Source of the DNA: an uncultured Planctomycetota bacterium | GTDB lineage: Bacteria; Planctomycetota; Planctomycetia; Isosphaerales; Isosphaeraceae | Assembly (NCBI GenBank): GCA_963845755.1 | Contig: CAWJTV010000033.1 | Span: 192,001-256,000 of the forward strand | DNA length: 64,000 nt | Reading direction: 5' to 3' | The notes under the pieces: model-generated | The model's input: the letters and a program-made list of their open reading frames with translations, nothing else | Database searches by the model: none | Told to the model about the DNA's origin: nothing | Translations under genes and position numbers: made by a program | In this document: positions 55,104 through 64,000 of the stretch, piece by piece | Layout: each line of letters begins with the position of its first letter | Position numbering within the stretch: position 1 is the stretch's first letter

Positions 55104-55697
55104 CGGGTTGTCCTCCTCCATCAGGGGATGTCGATTTAGGTTTCGAGAATGATGCCGTTCCGGTGGGGACGGACCGGGATGCTTTTCCACACAAGTCGAA
55201 TCCGTTGCCAAGAATTTCGAGCCACTTCTTGATTTCGGATCCGGCGGTTCCTAGGATGGATGCCATCAAGTAATCAGACCGCGATCGGCCTTGAACGCCG
55301 GATCGGCATAAGCGTCCTCGCCTAGAGGCTCGACCCGACGACTCACGGACGCAACGTGACCAGGCCAGCAGTTGCGGCGACACATGACCGGCGGTCGAGA
55401 CCGGGATTCGCAGATCACAGCCAGGTTGGCCCCGCGAGCCAACCGAATTCTCCTTCTATCTGAATTACGAATCGGATCCACACGTATCCCAAAAAAGTCG
55501 CGTGACGAAACTCATGCGTAGAGACTCCGTGACGAGGAGTCCCGGCGTGAAACGCCTTTCGCCTTCTCGTTACCGGATCGAGCGTCGAGCTTCCATCCGT
55601 CTTATCGGTATGCGAAAATCCCGTTGGATCCCCTCAGTCAAAGAATGTGAAATAAAAATTCAGCCGATTCTCCGACAGAGCCGTTGGGGGACGAACT

Positions 55698-56271
55698 ATG
55701 AGCGTCGCAGGGCGGGGTGACGCCGTGCTCAATGAGGACCATGCCGGCGGCCCGGACGCCAGGGATCGACTGGTCCGGGCGATTTACCAGGACTTGCTGC
55801 GGCGTCGCGCGAGCCATGATGCGGCGCGAGCGCCGCGACCACACCTTGCAGGCCAGTGCCCTGGTCAACGAGGCCGTGATGCGCCTCGTCGAGAAAGAGG
55901 CAATCACGGAATCCTCCGACGCCAGCCACGTCCTCGCTGCGGCGGTCGAGGCGATGCGCCAGATCCTGGTCGACCACGCCCGGCGGCGCAACGCCGGCAA
56001 GCGCGGGGGCGGTCGGGCCCGCGTCCCCCTGGACGAGGTGCTGGTGAGCTTCGAGGAACAGGGGGTGGACGTGATCGACCTGCACCAGGCCCGCGAACGC
56101 CTCGCTCAGTCCCATCCGGACCCATCGCAGGTCGTGGAACTGCACATCTTCAGTGGGCTGTCGATCGGCGAGATCGCCAAGACACTGGGGGTCTCGCGCA
56201 CGACCGTCGAGACCCGCTGGCGGTTCGCACGGGCCTGGCTGCACGACCAGCTTGGAGGCTCGGAACGATGA
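55698..56271 (+). CDS. ECF sigma factor, kinase-associated TIGR02999-like (frameshift near 55803)
   Basis: ARDRLVRAIYQDL joins ERRDHTLQASALVNEA...MRQILVDHARRRNAGKRGGG...VVELHIFSGLS...WRFARAWL. Confidence 0.88.
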
Positions 56272-58778
56272 CTCCCGAGCGCGGCCAGAGGGTCTATGCC
56301 GTCTTCGAGGCGGCGCTGGCGTGCGATCCGGCCCGTCGTGCGGCCTTGCTCGAGGAGCGGTGTGCCGACGACCCTGAGCTGCGTACCGAAGTCGAACGAC
56401 TCCTCGTCGCAGGACTCCGAAGCCGAGCGGGATTGCTTCCTGGCAACTCCGGTCTCGACGGACGGGGAGGCACGCGACATGACATGTTGACCGAGAAGGA
56501 CCCCGAGTTCGGTCGGTCGAAAAGCTTCGAAGGCACGAGCGGCGTGGCCCCGATTCCGGCCGCTCTGCTGCCTCCCGGCCTGGCCGACCACCCCGATTAC
56601 ACGATCAAGCGGATGCTGGGCCGGGGCGCGATGGGCGTGGTCTACCTGGCCGAGAATCGACTCATGGGGCGGGACGAGGTGCTCAAGGTGACGAGGCTGA
56701 AGATTGTGGCCGATGGCCCGGAGGTCCTCGAACGCTCCCTCCGCGAGATTCGTGCCGTCGCGAAGCTCGATCACCCCAACATCGTCACGTCGCACCGCGC
56801 CGTCCAGCTCGGCGAGAATCTCGTACTGGCCATGGAACACGTCAACGGCCGCAACCTGTCCCAGGTCGTCAAGGCCCGGGGGCCGCTGCCGGTGGCGGAC
56901 GCCTGTCATTACATCAAACAGGCGGCGCTGGGCTTGCAGCACGCGCACGAACGCAGGATGGTCCACCGCGACATCAAGCCCAGCAACCTCATGCTCACCC
57001 GCCAGGGCGGCCGCGACGTGATCAAGGTGCTCGACTTCGGCCTGGCGAAGGTCCAGAGCGAGGGGCCGACGGACGCGACGCTGACCCACGAGGGCCAGAT
57101 GCTGGGCACGCTCGACTACATCGCACCCGAGCAAATTCGCGACGCGCGGCGGGCCGACATCCGAGCCGACATCTACGGCCTGGGTTGCACCCTCTATTAT
57201 CTCCTGGCCGGTGGCCCGCCATTCCCGAGGTCCAGCTACTATGAGATCTTCCACGCGCACCACGAGGCGGAGGCAGCCCCGCTCGACGAGGTGCGTCCGG
57301 AGGTGCCCGCGGCGCTGGTGGCTTTGGTGGCCAGGATGATGGCCAAGGAGCCTGACGATCGGCTCCAATCGCCCGCCGAGGTGGCCGACGCGCTGACGCC
57401 ATTCCTCGAGCCGGGCGCGAACCACGAGTCCGGAGGATCGCGTCCCGCGACCTCCCGCGCCGGAGAGGCCGCTCTGTCTCTCCAACCGGTCGGCAATGAG
57501 TCCGCGCCGGTGAACCCCATGGTCACACACGCGCCGTCTCCAGGGCCGCGCCGATCGTGGGACCGGGCGTCGGTCGCGGCCGGGGTGTTGTTCCTTTCGC
57601 TTGTCGTCGCCTCGGTGGTGATCTTCAAGACTCGGAACGGGACCATCGTCTTCGAGAACCTGCCGGAGAAGGCGGTTGTCACTGTCGACGGCGATGCGAT
57701 GACCGTCGAATGGCCGGACGGCGAGGGCCAAGGCCGCGCGCGGATCACGCTCGCGCCCGGCAAACACGCGGTCCAGATCCCGGTGAACGGCGTACGCGTG
57801 ACCGGCGAGGTGGTGAGCGTGGAATCGGGAGGGGTGAAGCCGTTCGTCGTGCGGATCGAGCCACGGCCAGTAACTGCCGAAGCACAAGTGCGAGCCACCG
57901 CTCGATCAGGACAGCAGCCGAAACCGGTCAAGAATTCGATGGGTATAACGCTGGTGCTCATTCCCGCGGGGGATTTCGTGATGGGCAGTCGATTTGAGCC
58001 CCCAGGCGAAGACGAGCGGCCTCCGCACCCGGTCCGAATCACCCGGCCATTCTACCTCGGTGTCTATGAGGTCACCCAGAAGCAGTATGAGACGATCATG
58101 GGGAAGAATCCGAGCCACTTCTCGGGCCGACCCAGGAATCCGGTCAACGATGTGACCTGGATCGATGCGGTCAGCTTCTGCAACAAGCTTAGTGAGCGCG
58201 AGCGGCTCCCGCCATATTATTGCATCGTGGGTGCGAAGGAAGTGACCATTCTGGATGGCACGGGATACCGGCTACCGACCGAGGCGGAGTGGGAATATGC
58301 CTGCTGGGCAGGGAATTCCGATACCATCTCATTCCGCAACAACACCCATTTGAGTCGATATGCTTGGAATGCGACCAACTGCGGTCGAATGACCCACCCC
58401 GTCGGCGAGAAGGAGCCCAACGCCTTCGGCCTGTACGACATGTACGGCAACGTCTGGGAATGGTGCTGGGATTGGGTGGGGCCGTATCCGTCGAACCTGT
58501 CGATCGACCCGACCGGTCCGGCTACGGGGAAGGTCCGCGTTCTGCATGGCAACGGTTGGTGGAACGGCGATTGCGAATCGACTCGACCGTCGTTTCGTCT
58601 GGGCTTTCCGCCCGGGAGGACTTCGCCGAATCACGACTTTGGATTACGCATCGCCGCAGGTGGAACGGATGGCTTGCCCAACATCGCCGCCGAGAGTCCC
58701 GCTCGCACGCCGGTGGGCAAGCCGCAGGTGCCACCCACCGTCCCCCCTTCGCCGGGTGAACAACACCGGTTGCCCTGA
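56268..58778 (+). CDS. Ser/Thr kinase with TM helix and formylglycine-generating-enzyme (SUMF1) domain
   Basis: ATGA overlap with the ECF stop. Kinase motifs LGRGAMGVV, HRDIKPSN, DFG and YIAPE. C-terminal YRLPTEAEWEYAC...PNAFGLYDMYGNVWEWC. Confidence 0.92.
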   Translation: MTPERGQRVYAVFEAALACDPARRAALLEERCADDPELRTEVERLLVAGLRSRAGLLPGNSGLDGRGGTRHDMLTEKDPEFGRSKSFEGTSGVAPIPAALLPPGLADHPDYTIKRMLGRGAMGVVYLAENRLMGRDEVLKVTRLKIVADGPEVLERSLREIRAVAKLDHPNIVTSHRAVQLGENLVLAMEHVNGRNLSQVVKARGPLPVADACHYIKQAALGLQHAHERRMVHRDIKPSNLMLTRQGGRDVIKVLDFGLAKVQSEGPTDATLTHEGQMLGTLDYIAPEQIRDARRADIRADIYGLGCTLYYLLAGGPPFPRSSYYEIFHAHHEAEAAPLDEVRPEVPAALVALVARMMAKEPDDRLQSPAEVADALTPFLEPGANHESGGSRPATSRAGEAALSLQPVGNESAPVNPMVTHAPSPGPRRSWDRASVAAGVLFLSLVVASVVIFKTRNGTIVFENLPEKAVVTVDGDAMTVEWPDGEGQGRARITLAPGKHAVQIPVNGVRVTGEVVSVESGGVKPFVVRIEPRPVTAEAQVRATARSGQQPKPVKNSMGITLVLIPAGDFVMGSRFEPPGEDERPPHPVRITRPFYLGVYEVTQKQYETIMGKNPSHFSGRPRNPVNDVTWIDAVSFCNKLSERERLPPYYCIVGAKEVTILDGTGYRLPTEAEWEYACWAGNSDTISFRNNTHLSRYAWNATNCGRMTHPVGEKEPNAFGLYDMYGNVWEWCWDWVGPYPSNLSIDPTGPATGKVRVLHGNGWWNGDCESTRPSFRLGFPPGRTSPNHDFGLRIAAGGTDGLPNIAAESPARTPVGKPQVPPTVPPSPGEQHRLP

Positions 58779-59146
58779 ACTTCCAGCGGGGAGTCGATGG
58801 CTAAGCCACGTGCGTCATCAGGGTTCTCCCCTCTTCCCGGCCTCCGCCCGTACCACCAGGCCAGCGAGTCGGGCGTCCCGTTCTACAAGAGTGCACGACC
58901 ATCCCGAAATGTCCGAGTCCCCGGAGAGATCTGGGTGAACTGCCTCTGTAAGGCGACCGGTGCCGACCCGGTCGAACTACCCGGCGAAGTGTGGGGTTGG
59001 TAGAATCCCAGGTGTACGAAAGTCGTCATGGGGCGATGGTCATCGCCGGTCGGTTTGGAAGGTCCGGGATCGGGAAGTCCCAACTCAACGAGTGAGGAAC
59101 TCACGATCGAGCTTCCTCGAGAATCCTTGAACAGGAGGATGGCCCC

Positions 59147-59404
59147 ATGGTCAAGATCTTGCGAGGCGTCGTTCACGGCCGGACCATCGAGTTGGAAGCC
59201 GAGCCCGACATCGAGGATGGCCGGACCGTCGAGGTCATCGTCCGATCCAAATCGCTTCCTGGTCCGCCTCCCGGGTGGCGGCCGGGAGGCCGCGAGACGG
59301 CGGCGGGGATGATGGCCGCACACTGGACCGAGGAGGACGATCGGATCCTCGAAGAGATCAAGCGGGCCCGTCATCAGCCCTCAACGCGGGAGATTCCGGA
59401 GTGA
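59147..59404 (+). CDS. putative antitoxin
   Basis: 85 aa, MVKILRGVVHGRTIEL. Its stop overlaps the PIN gene start (GTGA). Confidence 0.7.
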   Translation: MVKILRGVVHGRTIELEAEPDIEDGRTVEVIVRSKSLPGPPPGWRPGGRETAAGMMAAHWTEEDDRILEEIKRARHQPSTREIPE

Positions 59405-59796
59405 GTTTTCTTCTCGACACGAACATCCTCTCCGAGCACCTCCGGCGACCCGCGGGACTCACCCATCGCTTCGTCCAGCATTCCGGCCGGCTCTACACGT
59501 CGAGCGTTTCCCTGGCCGAACTCCACGATTGGGCAAACGGCCGTGGTGATCCGACTCCGACCCTTGCGGCCATCCGGGACCTGCTGACGTATGAGGTGAA
59601 CATCATTCCCTTCGACGCCGACCGTGCCGAGGACTTCGGGCGATTGAGGGTCCTCCTCCGCCGGCAGGGTATCAACGTAGACAATATGGATCTGCTCATC
59701 GCCGCGACGGCTCGTGTCTACGACCTGACACTCGTCACACATAACACACGGCATTTTCAGGGAATCCCGGACCTCAGGCTCGAGGACTGGCTCTGA
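59401..59796 (+). CDS. vapC: VapC-family PIN toxin
   Basis: FLLDTNILSE...SLAEL...MDLLIAATA....LVTHNTRHF..IPDL..EDW. Confidence 0.92.
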   Translation: MSFLLDTNILSEHLRRPAGLTHRFVQHSGRLYTSSVSLAELHDWANGRGDPTPTLAAIRDLLTYEVNIIPFDADRAEDFGRLRVLLRRQGINVDNMDLLIAATARVYDLTLVTHNTRHFQGIPDLRLEDWL

Positions 59797-60108
59797 TCGG
59801 AATGTCCCGCTCAGAAAAACCGGGAGCCTGGTGTGACGCCACCGCGAGACGTCACGACAGCGAGGAGCAGCACCGGCCCTGGAGCCAATCACGTGTCCAT
59901 TCGCAGACACTCCTCAAACAGGGTGAGCCAGATCGATTTGGCAGCGGTTCAGAGGCTGTTCCAGAATCGTTCGTTGGCGGGGGAGCCTCACCTGGGGGAT
60001 CGAATCGTGGTTCTCTCGTACGCCGCAGGCGTTGCATAACTCGGCCCACGGTCGCCGCAGGCGCACCCTGGGACGAAGTCGCGGATCCGAAGATGTTCAT
60101 CGCAGTAG

Positions 60109-60770
60109 TCAGGAGACCCGCGCCGAGTACGTCGGGAGGTGATTCCCGCCCCATCCGTAAGTCGCCTTCATGAGAGTTCCGGCCTCGTGATCCGCTTCGG
60201 CGTGCATCAGCGCCTGCACCCGTTCCTCCTGGGCGTCGTCCAGATCCGAGTACGCCTCCAGGAATACGGCCAGAAGGAACTTCCGATAGTCATTCTCCCT
60301 CGAAGCGGCGATCCGTTTCGACCCCTCGGCATACAGCCCGGCCCGCCGCTCCGCCGGGATCTTCATCAGGGCGTCGGCGCCTCGCCCAGCAGGTTCTCGC
60401 CCATCGCATGAGCCTCCCCGGGCACGGCCGGCAGGCCGACGTAGGCATACTCGAACCGGAGGACCCGCTGCTCCCAGAAGTGTTCTTCATGGACATCCCA
60501 GCCGGACCCGTCGAGCCCGACGCGGAGGAACCACGCGATGAGGAATACGGGGCAGCCCAGTGTCGCGGCGAAACTGGACGTAATAGTCGAACTTCCGCGG
60601 CCGGAAGACCACACCTGTCGCGCGACTCGACCTCGACGTGGACCAGCGCCACCAGGTCGGTCACGCCCGCGCGGACCGGCGGCGCGCCGGGCTTCAGCTT
60701 CAACTTGGCGACCAGATCGAGCCGCCGCTTCTCCCCCTGGGGTGGTGCCAGGGACCGAACTGCCGAGGCC
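60109..60770 (-). pseudogene. decayed Rpn/PD-(D/E)XK-like (putative transposase-related) gene
   Basis: Pieces in three frames read PPQGEKRRLDLVAKL...VHVEVES...FDYY...LPV..IA.FLRVGLDG...ENDYRKFLL...EAY. The N-terminus is not recognisable. Confidence 0.55.
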
Positions 60771-61245
60771 CTGCGACGCCACCCTCAAGGCCGGAGAGCC
60801 AGCCGAGTTGAGGAGCCTGCTCCCGGATGCGCGCGAAGACACACTTGACCTCGCGACTCGACGACCTAATGGCCGATTACCGACGTGGCCTGGCGCTCAA
60901 GACCTCCACCGAAGATCGGGGAGGATTGCTGGATCCGATGATCGCCAGACGGCGCAACATACAATCAATAGTTAATAATTATAAATATTAATTATATATT
61001 ATATTGAATCGCGCTTTCCTGAAATGTTCACAATGATGGTCCCCCACCTCCACACCTGATTCTCCACCTGTTATCAGGGGGGTCGCGGATCGCCTGGGTG
61101 AACGGTCCCGAACCGGCGGGGTGAACGGTTCGGGACCCGTTCTTGGCCCGCCCATTCCGCCCAACCCGAGCTCGAGGACCGACAACCCGCGCGGCAGACC
61201 ACGGTGTCGGGCGGTCCGTGCATTGCTGTTCACCGAGAAGTCTCT

Positions 61246-63743
61246 TCATTTCCCCCGGTACGCGATCGCACGCCGCGCCGCGGGCGGCACGGGCGCATCC
61301 TTCCCCTTGATCGACTTCCAGAGGATCTCATTGAGCTCGAAGTCGTCGATCCGGTCGTACTCGTCGAAGTCCATCTTGAGCGACCGCTCGGCGCCGTAGG
61401 CGGTCGGTAAGTTGACCTCGTTCAGATCGATCTGTGCGGGCTCGAGGGCATAAGGCGTCACGTCGGGCTTGTCGGTGAACGAGGCGAACATCGGCCGGGC
61501 CGACGCGTCGAACTGGGAGAGCGGCGCCAGGCCCAGGATCAACTCGATCGTCCGGAGCATGCTGACCGTGCTGTACTGGCTGCTATCGAGTTGCTTCCGC
61601 CTCGTATAAGCGCTGATGACCAGCCCGACGGTGCGGTGGGCATCGACGTGGTCCGGGCCGTTCTGGGCATCGTCCTCGATGACGAAGATCGCGATCTCGG
61701 GCCAGTGCTTGCTGTGCGTGATTGCCTCGACGATCCGCCCCAGGGCCTGGTCGTTGCTGGCGACGCAGGCGCGCGGCGTGAAGGTGCCCGGGACGCGTGC
61801 CGGTCGTATGATCTTCGCCCAGGCTCATCACCATGAACCGCGGCAGGTTGCCGTTCTTCTCGAATTCGCGGAATTCTCGGAGGAAGGTCTCGGCATTGTC
61901 GGTATCGCGGTTGCGGCCGCCGCGGACCTTGGCGATGCCGTAATCGGGGCACATATGACCGACCAGACCCGGCACCGCCCCCTCGACGCGGAGCGAGCCG
62001 TCGGGCTGGCTGACTCGGCGTCCGTACTCGCCATAGCTGCGATAACTCAATCCCGCACGAGAGCACGCGTCCCAGAGATAGCCCGAGGGGGCGTTCGACA
62101 GATCGCCGTCATCATCGTCGTGGATTCCCGTCCGGCCCGAGTAGGTCAGGGCCCAGTTCCGCGCGATGTAGTCGGTGTTGTAGGCCATCGTCGACCACGG
62201 GTGGCCGTCGGCCGAGACATGGCCGTTGCAATACAGGTTGTCCAGGAGCACGAACTCCTCGGCCAGCTTGTGGTGGTTGGGCGTCACCTCACGCCCGAAC
62301 ATCACCAGCGACGGGTCGCCGTTGCCCCGGGACATGTCGCCGAAAACCTGGTCGTAGGTTCGGTTCTCCTTGATGATATAGAGCACGTACTTGATCGGCG
62401 ACGGATCGCCCACCTTGGTCGGGATCGCGGTCTTCTCCGGATGCGGGGCGTCGGTGATGAGCTGATCGGAATACGGGCAGTTCTTGTAGACCGTCTCGGT
62501 GTATTGGGCCAGGGCCTTGTCGTCGGGGACCGGGACGATCGACAACGACCCCGAGAGCGTCGTGCCGATGTAGGGGAACGGCAGGACTCGGCGCTTGGCA
62601 ACCGGATCGTACTCGGTCTTCACCTTGGCCTTGGCCGGCTCGATCGGGTTGGCCCGGGTCTGGTTCCCTTTCCCGACCCCGACGAGCAGCGACTTGCCGT
62701 CCGGCGTGACCGCCACGGCGGTGGGATACCAGCCTGTGGGGATGAAGCCCTTGACCTGGCTGCGGCTCGGCATGGCGACGTCGATGACGGCGATGCAGTT
62801 GTTGTCGGCGTTGGCGACGTAGAGCGTCTTGCCATCCGGAGCGATCGCCAGGGCATCGGGCGTACTCCCCTCGGGAGCCATGGGGAACAGGGCCGTGTGG
62901 ATCGTCTCCACGACGATCCCGCGCCGGGTGTCGATGACCGAGACGCAGTTGCTCGAGGAGCAGGCGACGAAGATCCGATCGTCCTGGGGATGGACGGCAA
63001 TCTGGTTGGGGTGCTCGCCGACGCTGATCCGGGCCACCGTATGAAGATCGACCGGGTCGAGGACGCGGACGACCCGGCCGGCCCAGTCGGAGACGTACAG
63101 ACGGGAGCCGTTGCGGGCAATCGCGACGTCATAAGGCCGCGCGCCGGCCGTTGCGGATTGGATCTCTTTCTCGGTCGCCAGATCGATGGCCGTGATGCGT
63201 CCCGGCCTCGACGTCTAGCGAGTAAAGCATCTTACGCTGAGGATCCAGAGCCAGCCCGCTGCGGAAATGGCTGGCGCCCGCCGATCGTCCCTTGCTCTTG
63301 GCCGTTTCCGCCGCCCCGGTTCGGGTCAAGCGATGCTCAGCCAGACCGAATGCGTGCAGCATGTTGCCGCCGCCGCCCGACCACCAGATCCGGTCGGCCT
63401 CGGGCGTGACCGCCAGGCCGAACCAGCTCTGGCGGACGGTCTGTTTGTCGACGACCTTCTTCTCCTGCAGATCGACGATCGCGAGTTCGTGGGCGTTGTA
63501 ACCGCTGGTCGCGGCCAGCACATGGCGGTTGTCGGCCAGCGGGATGATGTTGAGCGGAAGGTCGGCCAGCGGGATGTGCTCACCCGCGGGCTTCAATCTC
63601 CAGCCGTTGGGCAAGAGGAAGCCTTGGTCGGTCGGACCCGCGTAACGGGGAGTCTCTTGAGCCCGTGGCGCCGTCGTCCCGAACAGGGCCAACGTCAGAG
63701 TCGCCAGGATCGCGAGGGAAAGCGACGTGAGCTGCCTGGTCAT
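61246..63743 (-). CDS. exported YncE-type beta-propeller / alkaline-phosphatase-like phosphoesterase (frameshifted)
   Basis: Signal peptide, LLPNGW.L.PAG, YVANADNN..AV, GFIPTGWYP, IIKENRTYDQVFGD, SADGH and ELILGLAPLSQFDA. Fragments 63129..63743, 61583..63037 and 61246..61560. Confidence 0.88.
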
Positions 63744-63879
63744 GGAACGAGCCTCTTGCAGGGTCGAAACGGGGTGGGTCAAGCCGTCGAAGTCCCGCCC
63801 ATGGTGACCGACCGCGGTGAGGAAGTCCAATGAGTTTTCGGTGTAGAGGCGATGGAAGGGCGACCAACCGCTCATGGAT

Positions 63880-64000
63880 TCAAGGACGTCCGAGAGCTCC
63901 GACAATGGCAGCCTTGAGCTTCTCGACATCGCGCCCGGTTCGAACTCGGCGTCGGCGACGATCTTGCCATCGGGGCCGATGACGGCGTAATCCGGGATGA
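63880..64000 (-). CDS. 3' end of a probable thioredoxin-like (TlpA) domain protein, partial
   Basis: IPDYAVIGPDGKIV, then in a shifted frame RDVEKLKAAIVGALGRP* ending at 63880. Confidence 0.45.
   Translation of the reverse strand, partial: HPGLRRHRPRWQDRRRRRVRTGRDVEKLKAAIVGALGRP

Noticed and set aside
55698..58778. 1026-aa ECF-kinase fusion in the ORF track
   Set aside because: Produced by a frameshift near 55803. The ECF body is in another frame and ends at 56271, overlapping the kinase ATG at 56268.

Overview
High-GC bacterial chromosome segment, most likely from a planctomycete of the Isosphaeraceae type. This is inferred from LExRxL export motifs, PEP-CTERM proteins, ECF sigma / Ser-Thr kinase pairs, a multiheme cytochrome-TPR protein and the repeat families present. 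Many genes, including housekeeping def and rnr, carry single-base frameshifts, which points to uncorrected long-read indels. Coordinates below therefore join fragments where the reading obviously continues. Core content: def-fmt, an SGNH hydrolase, an ECF/anti-sigma plus Gld-like ABC/DUF4340 operon, yhaM, a hybrid histidine kinase, rnr, two ECF-kinase pairs, a C69 dipeptidase, a TPR-glycosyltransferase, a YbjQ-repeat protein, DAHP synthase, three PIN-type toxin-antitoxin loci and a YncE-propeller/phosphoesterase. The most interesting items are not in the ORF track. (1) At 15.7-21 kb there is a tandem, partly decayed array of [constant-leader membrane gene -> tyrosine recombinase -> variable cargo] modules. 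(2) Upstream of DAHP synthase lies a complete ribosome-dependent attenuator whose 38-aa leader contains Trp, Phe and Tyr codons (WWWSW). (3) Just upstream of that is a separately promoted structured RNA with a 14-nt complement of the 16S rRNA 3' end driving a 10-codon ORF. No rRNA, tRNA or CRISPR array was seen. All family assignments are by motif recognition, not database search.
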